Below, one piece after another: positions 17,316 to 25,140 of a stretch of 32,000 bases of DNA (position 1 is its first letter; the number at the start of each line of letters is the position of its first letter). The position numbers were made by a program, and so were the translations under genes. This stretch comes from Raphidiopsis brookii D9. GTDB lineage: Bacteria > Cyanobacteriota > Cyanobacteriia > Cyanobacteriales > Nostocaceae. The notes under the pieces are model-generated. The model made no database searches. It saw only the letters and a list, made by a program, of their open reading frames with translations, and had not been told where the DNA came from. The stretch spans positions 1 to 32,000 of the forward strand of contig ACYB01000042.1 in assembly GCA_000175855.1 (NCBI GenBank). Direction: 5' to 3'.

Positions 17316-17546
17316 TTATACTCCACTGCTATAAGACTTAGCCAAATAGGCAATATGAGCAATACCGTAGGCATTGACAAATGCTTCTGCTAGTTTGGTG
17401 AATATGGACATGTCACTTACAGTGGAGTTGAATCCACCATGGATAGAAATAGAGTTGATATCGCTCATATCATTGAGAAAACTTTCGGAATCTTGGAACA
17501 GTTCAGAACCAGTACTTTGCAATTGATCCAATTTGATACTTGCCAT
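17316..17546 (-). CDS. Double-glycine-leader precursor peptide C
   Basis: 76 aa: MASIKLDQLQSTGSELFQDSESFLNDMSDINSISIHGG|FNSTVSDMSIFTKLAEAFVNAYGIAHIAYLAKSYSSGV. It has the same SD, GGAGGAAATTATG. Confidence 0.75.
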   Translation of the reverse strand: MASIKLDQLQSTGSELFQDSESFLNDMSDINSISIHGGFNSTVSDMSIFTKLAEAFVNAYGIAHIAYLAKSYSSGV

Positions 17547-17579
17547 AATTTCCTCCTAGAAAACTTGTTCTTACTGGTG

Positions 17580-17607
17580 AATATGGGAGCATTTGAGATT
17601 TGCTCAA
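17580..17607 (-). promoter_or_regulatory. Candidate sigma70-type promoter for the precursor/kinase/lyase genes
   Basis: On the minus strand, TTGAGC (17607-17602) is followed by a 16-nt spacer and CATATT (17585-17580), about 35 nt upstream of the peptide C start. This rests on sequence pattern only. Confidence 0.25.
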
Positions 17608-17668
17608 CCGATACTCCTATTTTTATGGGAGAAAATTTAAAAAATCAAGGGTTTGAACTGTGTTGATT

Positions 17669-17700
17669 GGACATTACTCATGATTTAATGTCCTTTTATA
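17669..17700 (+). terminator. Plus-strand intrinsic-terminator-like hairpin antisense to the peptide operon
   Basis: GGACATTA (17669-17676) pairs with TAATGTCC (17686-17693) across a 9-nt loop and is followed by TTTTATA. The T-run is on the plus strand only. Confidence 0.35.
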
Positions 17701-17852
17701 TCGCTGGTTCCATATCAATCTCTGATTAGATTAGCGATAATTTCTCGAATGATGATCAATCTGTTTTTAAAAACAGCTACCTGATATATAATAATAAATC
17801 CCCCTTCAGCAAGGGAGGAATAATAAGAATTAGTAAAAACTTAACTCAAAGG

Positions 17853-18089
17853 TTAGAAGGTGACTGAATCTCTCAATTCATCTAGGGTGTCATCAATCTC
17901 GGCTCTCCATCTTTCTAGGTTGTCGTTGACACGTCCTAAAACTTGGGAAATATCAACACTCTCGACCGAATTAGGATTTCTCCTTCTTCGTCTTACACCT
18001 CCTTTGATATTAACCATTTCGCCAGGAGTAACTTCTTGCAAAAGGTCGCCATCACCATTGGGGTATAGATCACTGATTTTTATGTCCAT
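17853..18089 (-). CDS. Double-glycine-leader peptide E (poly-Arg, highly charged core)
   Basis: 78 aa: MDIKISDLYPNGDGDLLQEVTPGEMVNIKGG|VRRRRRNPNSVESVDISQVLGRVNDNLERWRAEIDDTLDELRDSVTF. It has a canonical GG-type leader (L..E....E...I.GG) and the SD GAGGTG 8 nt upstream. Confidence 0.6.
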   Translation of the reverse strand: MDIKISDLYPNGDGDLLQEVTPGEMVNIKGGVRRRRRNPNSVESVDISQVLGRVNDNLERWRAEIDDTLDELRDSVTF

Positions 18090-18304
18090 TTTTGCATCAC
18101 CTCGTGAGATCTGAATTTCAAATTCTTTTTTTTATTGTTCTGAAATCATCTCTCGAAATTGCAACCTTTCAACATCAAGTTTATGGACATAATTTCAGGC
18201 TTATTGTCTCTAAATTACCCCACTCTATGAGCTAGAAACTCTGGGATTTATCAGTGGGGTAAGAGTTTTAAACTGGTTTGCTATCTCTCAAAGAGATTTA
18301 CTTT

Positions 18305-19822
18305 TCAGTTGATTTTTGATCCTGTGTCTTGAGATCCGGGAATGGTGATATCTATCGGTGTAATTTTACCTGCTAACTGGGTTAATGGTGGTTGAATGGC
18401 ACCTTGATTTCCCACAACTAACGTAACTAAATTCTCTGGTTTGAGATATTTTTGAGCCACTCTTTGCACATCTGTAGCTGTGGTTTTTGTGACCGCTTTT
18501 TGATAACGAAACAGAAAGTCAGCAGGATAACCATAATATTCATAACGCATTAACCGTGACAGGGTTTGACCTGGGTCCTGAAAATTGAATACAAAAGAAT
18601 TTAGGGTGGACTCCTTAGCATACCTTAATTCTTTCGCTGTTATTGGTTGTTTTTGAATGCGCTCAATCTCTAATTGAATAGACTTTATAAACTGTACTGT
18701 AGCATCGGAACGGGTTTGTCCACCAGCAATAAACATACCCGGATAATCAAAACGGGGATTCCATGAGCCATATACAGAGTAGGCTAAACCTTGGCGCGAT
18801 CGCACTTCATTAAATAGTCTTCCTCCGAACCCATTTAGCACGCCATTCATTACATCTAATGCTGCATAATCTGGACTATTGAATTTTCCGCCCAAATGTC
18901 CCATTAAAATGCTGCTCTGTGTCAGTTGTGGTTGATTGACAAAGAATAACCCACTTAAATTAGCCTGCTGCACTGGTGGTAATTGGGTTTTAGCAATATT
19001 GAGATTAGGTTGCCAATCACCCAGTTTAGTCTGAATCAGAGAGCGCATTTTTTTCGGGTTAAAATCCCCCACAATTCCCAGGATTATGTTATTGGGATGG
19101 AAATATTTCCGATAGAAGTTAATCACATCTTCTCGCTGGATTTTATCGAGAGTTGCATATTCTGTAGTGCGTGCATAGGGACTATTTTGACCATAGATTA
19201 ATTTGCGAAACTCCCGACTGGCAATATTGTCAGAGTCATCATTGCGACGGGTAATACTTCCCTTAATTTGAGTTTTAATCAATTCCAACTTTTCCGGAGC
19301 AAAAGCTGGTTCTCGTAAGACTTCTGTAAACAACCCGAACACAGTTTCTAAATCTTCAGTTAAACTTTCAAAACTGGCAGTTCCAGCACTTTCACTAATG
19401 TCAGTTTCTACGGATGCTGCTCTTTGTTCCAAAATTTCATTTAGTTGATCCGGGGAATGTTTGGCAGTCCCCCCAATGCGCATCAGTGAACCTACAATGT
19501 CACCTAAACCGACTTTATCTCCTGCTTCCCAACGACTACCAGTCTTAATTAGGGTTGTTCCACTAACTAGGGGTAATTCATGATCTTCCATTAAATAGAC
19601 GACTAAACCGTTGTTTAATTGGAATCGCTCATACTTTGGCAGTTTAATTCCCGGTAAAGAATTGAATTGTAAGTCGGTATAATGCTTGGCTGCTGCTGTT
19701 GCTACCCTGGAGAAATTCAAGGTCAATACTAAGGCAATTACTAAGGCAAAAAATAATTGCCAAGTTTTACCCAATTTGGGGAAAATATTGCGTGAAAATT
19801 TCAATTTTTTACTCCTGACCAT
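18305..19822 (-). CDS. M16-family peptidase, non-catalytic-type subunit (zinc motif lost), signal peptide
   Basis: 505 aa with an M16 two-domain architecture. At the position of HxxEH it reads GLGDIVGSLMRIGGT. The N-terminal signal is FALVIALVLTLNFSRVATAAA. Confidence 0.8.
   Translation of the reverse strand: MVRSKKLKFSRNIFPKLGKTWQLFFALVIALVLTLNFSRVATAAAKHYTDLQFNSLPGIKLPKYERFQLNNGLVVYLMEDHELPLVSGTTLIKTGSRWEAGDKVGLGDIVGSLMRIGGTAKHSPDQLNEILEQRAASVETDISESAGTASFESLTEDLETVFGLFTEVLREPAFAPEKLELIKTQIKGSITRRNDDSDNIASREFRKLIYGQNSPYARTTEYATLDKIQREDVINFYRKYFHPNNIILGIVGDFNPKKMRSLIQTKLGDWQPNLNIAKTQLPPVQQANLSGLFFVNQPQLTQSSILMGHLGGKFNSPDYAALDVMNGVLNGFGGRLFNEVRSRQGLAYSVYGSWNPRFDYPGMFIAGGQTRSDATVQFIKSIQLEIERIQKQPITAKELRYAKESTLNSFVFNFQDPGQTLSRLMRYEYYGYPADFLFRYQKAVTKTTATDVQRVAQKYLKPENLVTLVVGNQGAIQPPLTQLAGKITPIDITIPGSQDTGSKIN
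18796..18803. repeat. HIP1 palindrome GCGATCGC (one of 11 copies in the window)
   Basis: Exact GCGATCGC starts at 1800, 18796, 20132, 21296, 22040, 24352, 24723, 25515, 27381, 29631 and 30497. This is the hallmark highly iterated palindrome of many cyanobacteria. Confidence 0.9.
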
Positions 19823-19845
19823 GGTTCTGTTTTCGTCCTCTATAC

Positions 19846-21393
19846 CTATGATTTTTGAGAAAGTAATTTACCAATCGTGCGATTTTCCGCTGTGAAGGTT
19901 GATTGTGCTACCCTTTGAATATCCGCAGGGGTAACCTTTGTAATGTCATCCAATTGCTTAAATAAATTCTGCCAAGAACCTGTTTTCACCTCATATTCCA
20001 ATAGTTGCTGTGCCATACCCATGTTGGAATCTAAACTCCTCAGTAAACCTGCTCTAGCTTGTGTTTTAACTCGCTCTAATTCTTTCTCAGATACGAACTG
20101 GGTTTGCAATTTACTAATTTCCTGACCTAGGGCGATCGCCAATTCATCTACTGTATGGCCTGGTGCTGTCAGGGCATAAAATAACATTAAATTGGGATAC
20201 TTGTCCCCTGGAAAACCACTAATCCCCTCAGCCACCAAAGCCACTCTTTGGGTTTCAATCAAGGATTTATACAGTCGTGAAGTCCTACCATCACTTAGTA
20301 AACTGCTAATAATATCGTAAACAGCATTATCGGGATCAGTTATACTGGGACGATGATAGCCCTCTAAGTACCAAGGTTGGGAGGGTAGTTTTACGGTAAT
20401 TTCTCTGGTGCTGGTTTGTTTAGGTTCGGGGGCAATTTTAGCTTGTGCTTTCGGTTTAGCTGGATATCTACCAAAATAAATTTTGGCCAATCTTTTAACC
20501 TGATTAGGGTTAACATCACCCACCACCGCAATAGTTAAATTACTGGGAACATAATACTTGTTAAAAAACTCCCTCACATTAGCTGGAGAAAGGTTACGAA
20601 TATCTTCATCATAACCAATAACAGGTCTCCGGTAAGGGTGAACTTTAAAAGCAACATCGGTGAATTTTTCAACCATTAACCCTACGGGAGAATTTTCTAC
20701 CCGCATTCGTCTTTCTTCCAAAATCACATCCCTTTCTTTATAAAATTCTCGGAATACTGGTTCTAAAAATCTTTCTGATTCCAGAGACATCCACAACTCC
20801 AATTTATTAGCAGGAAAACTATAAAAGTAACGGGTTGCTTCACTAGAAGTGTTAGCATTTAAACCCACACCTCCAGCTTGTTCAACTATTTGACCTATTT
20901 CATTTTGTTTCACCAATTTCCCAGCTTGAGCTTCTACAGCTTTAAACTCTTTTTGTAGCTTTTCTAGTTCTTCCGTTCTATTTTCACTCTTGGCAGATCT
21001 AATTTGATTGTCTAATTGCTCTAACTTGTCTAATAAAGGCTTCTCCACTGTGTAGTTTGTTGTACCAATGCGCTTGGTTCCCTTAAAAGCTAAGTGTTCT
21101 AAAAAATGAGCTATTCCTGTTTGTCCATCTGGTTCATCTATCCCCCCAACATTTGCATAAGTCAGAAAAGAAACCACGGGTGCTTGATGTCTTTCCAAAA
21201 CAATAAACTTTAGACCGTTATCTAAAGTAAACTCTGTTAGTTGCTTAACAACGCGGTCTAAATAGGGCTTAATCGAAGTTTGATTACCCTGCAGGGCGAT
21301 CGCTGTTTGAATGGGAAAATTACCACAAAATAAGAAAAATGCTAGGGTTATTACTAGAAAACGGCTCGTAGAAGTCAAAATCCAATGGCTCAT
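19846..21393 (-). CDS. M16-family zinc peptidase (pitrilysin/insulinase-like), catalytic-type subunit, signal peptide
   Basis: 515 aa. It has an intact inverted zincin motif, GIAHFLEHLAFKGT (HxxEH), plus the downstream NANTSSEATRYFYSF block. It lies 23 nt upstream of the second M16 gene. Confidence 0.85.
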   Translation of the reverse strand: MSHWILTSTSRFLVITLAFFLFCGNFPIQTAIALQGNQTSIKPYLDRVVKQLTEFTLDNGLKFIVLERHQAPVVSFLTYANVGGIDEPDGQTGIAHFLEHLAFKGTKRIGTTNYTVEKPLLDKLEQLDNQIRSAKSENRTEELEKLQKEFKAVEAQAGKLVKQNEIGQIVEQAGGVGLNANTSSEATRYFYSFPANKLELWMSLESERFLEPVFREFYKERDVILEERRMRVENSPVGLMVEKFTDVAFKVHPYRRPVIGYDEDIRNLSPANVREFFNKYYVPSNLTIAVVGDVNPNQVKRLAKIYFGRYPAKPKAQAKIAPEPKQTSTREITVKLPSQPWYLEGYHRPSITDPDNAVYDIISSLLSDGRTSRLYKSLIETQRVALVAEGISGFPGDKYPNLMLFYALTAPGHTVDELAIALGQEISKLQTQFVSEKELERVKTQARAGLLRSLDSNMGMAQQLLEYEVKTGSWQNLFKQLDDITKVTPADIQRVAQSTFTAENRTIGKLLSQKS

Positions 21394-21544
21394 AGCAAAA
21401 ATTCAAGTAAATTTACACTTCTTTAAAATTCGGGTCAGTTAGCACACAAAGCATTAATCTTGTATTAAGCTTTCCGTGCTTCCTAACTTTCATGTTAGAC
21501 AATGCAGATAAAATTCGTGTTCCCTAACACACAGGAATAACTCT

Positions 21545-22171
21545 ATGCCAGTTTCTCATTATTCCTCTCCTTCAGAAGCTCAAACCCGTAGCCGCATTCT
21601 TATAGCAGCACTGCGTTTATTTGCTTCCGGGGGATTTGATGGCACTACCACCCGTGACTTGGCCCACGCTGCAGGAGTTGCTGAGGGTACACTCTTTCGT
21701 CATTTTGCCAATAAAAAGGCAATTCTGGTAGAGGTAGCGACCAATGGTTGGGTAGAAATTCTCACGGACCTACTGACAGAATTGAGTGAAATGGGTAGTT
21801 ATAAAGCCATAGCCCAAGTTATGCGTCGCAGAATGTGGAACATGCAAAAGAATGTTGATTTGATGCGAGTTTGTTTCATGGAGGTGCAGTTTCATCCAGA
21901 TTTGCAGGATCGCATCCAAACTGAAGTGATTGATAAAATGACCAGTGTTACAGAAGCATTCTTCCAAACCGCTATGGATAGGGGTATTTATCGTCAAATG
22001 GATGCTAAATTGGTTGCTAAAGTGTTTTTAGGAATGTTTGCGATCGCAGGTTTTTCTCATCAAACCCTAATTGATCCCCATGGGTCTCCCCAGGAAATGC
22101 AACAAATGGCTGAGGGTTTAGCAGATATATTCTTAAATGGGGTTTTGGTTAAGGAATTCACAATTCAATAA
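21545..22171 (+). CDS. TetR/AcrR-family transcriptional regulator
   Basis: 208 aa. The N-terminal HTH is TRSRILIAALRLFASGGFDGTTTRDLAHAAGVAEGTLFRHFANKKAIL. It is divergent from the M16 pair. Confidence 0.85.
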   Translation: MPVSHYSSPSEAQTRSRILIAALRLFASGGFDGTTTRDLAHAAGVAEGTLFRHFANKKAILVEVATNGWVEILTDLLTELSEMGSYKAIAQVMRRRMWNMQKNVDLMRVCFMEVQFHPDLQDRIQTEVIDKMTSVTEAFFQTAMDRGIYRQMDAKLVAKVFLGMFAIAGFSHQTLIDPHGSPQEMQQMAEGLADIFLNGVLVKEFTIQ

Positions 22172-22496
22172 TAATTCTCACCGAGAATCTGCTCAGTGGA
22201 AAAAGGACATTTTTCTGGGTAATCACCCTGGGAATGAACACAACCCCAGGGATGCTGGTCATTTTTGGGGGTCAGATCCTAACCAAAAGTATTTGTGGGG
22301 TAATCATACTAGAAGACCTGTGCCTGTTTATTATCAAGGAGCTTATTCCGGTAATTTAACCATATATGCAGGACAAAACGTAAAATTTACAGACAGTACT
22401 GGGTCTACCTATACCATACCGGGTGGACGTGGTTTAGTGGACCAAACTCACATATTTCAAACCATGAAAAGAGCCATAACGGGTTCTAATCTTTAA
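22137..22496 (+). CDS. Hypothetical ORF (doubtful start, overlaps the tetR 3' end)
   Basis: 119 aa ORF. Its only ATG start lies inside the TetR gene. No family was recognised. It may be a remnant or may use an unrecognised start. Confidence 0.2.
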   Translation: MGFWLRNSQFNNNSHRESAQWKKDIFLGNHPGNEHNPRDAGHFWGSDPNQKYLWGNHTRRPVPVYYQGAYSGNLTIYAGQNVKFTDSTGSTYTIPGGRGLVDQTHIFQTMKRAITGSNL

Positions 22497-22514
22497 AAAC
22501 TAGTTTCTTCAGCA

Positions 22515-23573
22515 ATGAAATTAAACCGTCGTCAACTGCTTAATGTTTCTCTGGCCAGTCTAGTATGCTTTTCTTCAATAGGTTACAGCTTCCCTACCCT
22601 GGGAAACACTACTAATAGTACTATCAAACCACGGAGACTAAAAACTGGTAATGGCGTTGGTCTAATTAGTCCTGCTGGTGCTACCTTTTTACCAGAGGAA
22701 GTAGAAATCGTCCAGGATGCTGTTAAAGCATTGGGAATGATTCCCTATGTTGCTCCTCATCTTTTGGCACGCTATGGCTATTTGGGGGGGACAGATCTAC
22801 AGAGAGCAGCTGATATCAATCAGTTTTTTGCTGATGGTAAAATCTCCATGTTATTACCAATGCGTGGAGGTTGGGGTGGTGCCAGGATTTTGCCCTATTT
22901 GGACTATCAACTAATCAGGAAAAATCCCAAAGTGTTAGTAGGTTTTAGCGACTTAACGGCATTAAATTTAGCAATTTATGCTAAAACTGGCTTAGTCACC
23001 TTCCATGGTCCTAACGGTTTAACATCCTGGCGTGCTGAACAGGTAAATTGGTTTCGACGGGTTCTGTTTGCTGGGGAAAAGCTCAATTTTGGCAATGAAA
23101 CAGACCCAGACGATAGGGGAAGGTTGATGAAGGTAAAAAACCGTATTCAAACCATTACCCATGGAAAAGCACAGGGGCGCTTAGTCGGAGGAAATCTTTC
23201 GGTTATTTCAGCCATGGTAGGATCCGCTTATTTGCCCAATTTTGAAGGGGCAATTTTGTTTGTGGAAGATGTGGGAGAAAATATTTACCGTATAGATAGG
23301 ATGTTAACACACCTGAAATTGGCAGGAATTTTACAAAATTTACAGGGGTTTATTTTTGGTCAGTGTACTAATTGTCCACCAGATGGAGGGTATGCTTCCC
23401 TAACCCTGGAAGAAGTTATCCGCGACCATGTTCAATCTTTGGCAATCCCTGCTTGTATGGGATTGCAAATTGGACATCTGGAAAATATTGTCACTTTGCC
23501 CATTGGTATCAGGGTGGAAATGGATGCCACCGCTGGCACAATTGTTATGCTAGATTCAGCTGTAGTTACTTAA
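22515..23573 (+). CDS. LD-carboxypeptidase (peptidase S66, LdcA/MccF-like) with Tat/Sec-like signal
   Basis: 352 aa. The N-terminus is MKLNRRQLLNVSLASL. The nucleophile motif is VGFSDLTALNLA, and the catalytic Glu and His contexts are FVEDVGENIYRIDRML and QIGHLENIVTLPIG. Confidence 0.8.
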   Translation: MKLNRRQLLNVSLASLVCFSSIGYSFPTLGNTTNSTIKPRRLKTGNGVGLISPAGATFLPEEVEIVQDAVKALGMIPYVAPHLLARYGYLGGTDLQRAADINQFFADGKISMLLPMRGGWGGARILPYLDYQLIRKNPKVLVGFSDLTALNLAIYAKTGLVTFHGPNGLTSWRAEQVNWFRRVLFAGEKLNFGNETDPDDRGRLMKVKNRIQTITHGKAQGRLVGGNLSVISAMVGSAYLPNFEGAILFVEDVGENIYRIDRMLTHLKLAGILQNLQGFIFGQCTNCPPDGGYASLTLEEVIRDHVQSLAIPACMGLQIGHLENIVTLPIGIRVEMDATAGTIVMLDSAVVT

Positions 23574-23736
23574 GGTATTGTTATTATGTTAACGCCTACA
23601 TAAATAGGGGGCTGGCTCGTAGCGACTTGGGTGATAAGCAAGGTGCCATAGATAATTAAAAATTCTCCTGATCACTTAACATTTTTGGTAAAACTACTAT
23701 AATTAACTAAGTTAATAACAAAAGTAGTTCCTAATT

Positions 23737-24699
23737 GTGTTTACAACCACACTAGCTCGAACCCAGAGCAAACCACCCCTGGATTTATTTACTGCCATTA
23801 ATAATTTAAAAACCGAATTAAATGCAGTAATACTAGCTCACTATTATCAAGAACCAGATATACAGGATATAGCGGATTTTGTTGGAGACTCTTTACAACT
23901 GGCAAAAGCAGCAGCCAAAACCAATGCGGATGTGATTGTATTTGCCGGTGTTCATTTTATGGCGGAAACGGCAAAAATCCTGAATCCTGATAAATTAGTG
24001 TTGTTACCAGACTTAAATGCTGGTTGTTCCCTCGCTGATAGTTGTCCTCCGGAAAAGTTTGCAGCATTTAAAGCTGCTCACCCAGATCATATAGTCATCT
24101 CCTATATTAACTGCTCCGCTGAAATAAAAGCTATGAGCGATATTATCTGTACCAGTTCCAACGCGGTCAAAATTGTCCAGCAAATACCTAAAGACCAAGG
24201 GATAATTTTTGCTCCTGATCGCAATCTGGGAAAATACGTAAGCCAACAAACAGGAAGGGATATGATTTTATGGCAGGGTAGCTGTATTGTACATGAAACC
24301 TTCTCAGAAAAGAAAATAGTTGAGTTAAAAATTGCACATCCTCACGCCCAGGCGATCGCCCATCCGGAATGTGAGAGCAGTGTTTTGCGTCATGCGGATT
24401 ATATTGGCTCTACTGCTGCGCTCCTCAATTATTGTCAAAAAAGCCCTGCTGTGGAGTTTATAGTTGCCACGGAGCCAGGAATTATCCATCAGATGCAAAA
24501 ATTAGCACCGGGCAAACACTTTATCCCCGCTCCTCCTGAGAATAACTGTAATTGCAACGAGTGTCCATTTATGAGATTAAACACCTTAGAGAAGCTATAT
24601 TTAGCCATGAAGAACCGGACCCCAGAAATCACTATTTCCGAGAAAATTCGTGTTCAAGCATTAAAACCCATAGAAAAGATGTTGGAAATGAGTAATTAA
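23737..24699 (+). CDS. nadA: Quinolinate synthase
   Basis: 320 aa with a GTG start. The NadA blocks are [61 protein letters not shown] and the C-terminal [15 protein letters not shown]. Confidence 0.92.
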   Translation: MFTTTLARTQSKPPLDLFTAINNLKTELNAVILAHYYQEPDIQDIADFVGDSLQLAKAAAKTNADVIVFAGVHFMAETAKILNPDKLVLLPDLNAGCSLADSCPPEKFAAFKAAHPDHIVISYINCSAEIKAMSDIICTSSNAVKIVQQIPKDQGIIFAPDRNLGKYVSQQTGRDMILWQGSCIVHETFSEKKIVELKIAHPHAQAIAHPECESSVLRHADYIGSTAALLNYCQKSPAVEFIVATEPGIIHQMQKLAPGKHFIPAPPENNCNCNECPFMRLNTLEKLYLAMKNRTPEITISEKIRVQALKPIEKMLEMSN

Positions 24700-24765
24700 G
24701 GAGATCTCAATCATGGAAATCCGCGATCGCATTAAACAGTTCAATATTTACTTTCCTAGATGATT

Positions 24766-25140
24766 ATGAACCTAAAAACGAAAAAAGCTATTGAACAACT
24801 AGAAAAATTCGTTTCTACTCCCCTAGAAGAAACACTGAGACAGCATGAAAAGACTACACATCAATAAATAGCAACTAACCTATTTAAGACTGTAGTCAGT
24901 ACCATACCAGCTTACCAATCGTTTTTAGCGACACATAAGATCAAAGGGGAAACAATTCAAACTTTGGCGGACTTTCAAAAATTACCGGTAATTTGTAAAG
25001 AAAATTATATTTCTGTTTACAGTTTGCCAGAACTATGTAAAGATGGAGAATTAGGAGGCTGTGATATGATCACGGCCTCCTCTTGCTCGGTGGAAAAACC
25101 CACATTTTGGCCCCGATTCTTCCCACTCTCCCAATTTTGA
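24766..25140 (+). pseudogene. Remnant of a phenylacetate-CoA-ligase / F390-synthetase-like adenylating enzyme (N-terminal ~120 codons, in-frame stop)
   Basis: The frame reads MNLKTKKAIEQLEKFV...HQ*IATNLFKTVVSTIPAYQSFLATHKI..LADFQKLPVICKENY...ITASSCSVEKPTFWPR. This resembles the N-terminus of PaaK-like ligases (vPaY...lP...K..y....sSG(S/T)(S/T)GkPt). TAA at 24865-24867 interrupts it, and the rest of the gene is absent. Confidence 0.5.

Noticed and set aside
17171-17380. 69-aa minus-strand ORF overlapping precursor genes B and C
   Set aside because: It lies in an alternative frame across two clearly conserved paralogous genes and their intergenic spacer, so it is most likely spurious.
16705-17546. 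Regularly spaced repeats that could be mistaken for a CRISPR-like array
   Set aside because: The units are ~300 bp. Each is a complete SD + ORF paralogue with protein-level conservation, and there is no short repeat/spacer architecture.
14055-18089. Calling the locus a class V lanthipeptide cluster
   Set aside because: The kinase/HopA1-like pair fits. However, none of the five predicted cores has a Cys, and no LanX/LanC-like cyclase gene is present, so lanthionine formation is not supported. I kept it as a kinase/lyase RiPP candidate of unknown class.
23372-23659. 95-aa ORF overlapping the 3' end of the LD-carboxypeptidase gene
   Set aside because: It is out of frame within a well-supported gene, has Cys/Trp-rich odd composition, and has no RBS.
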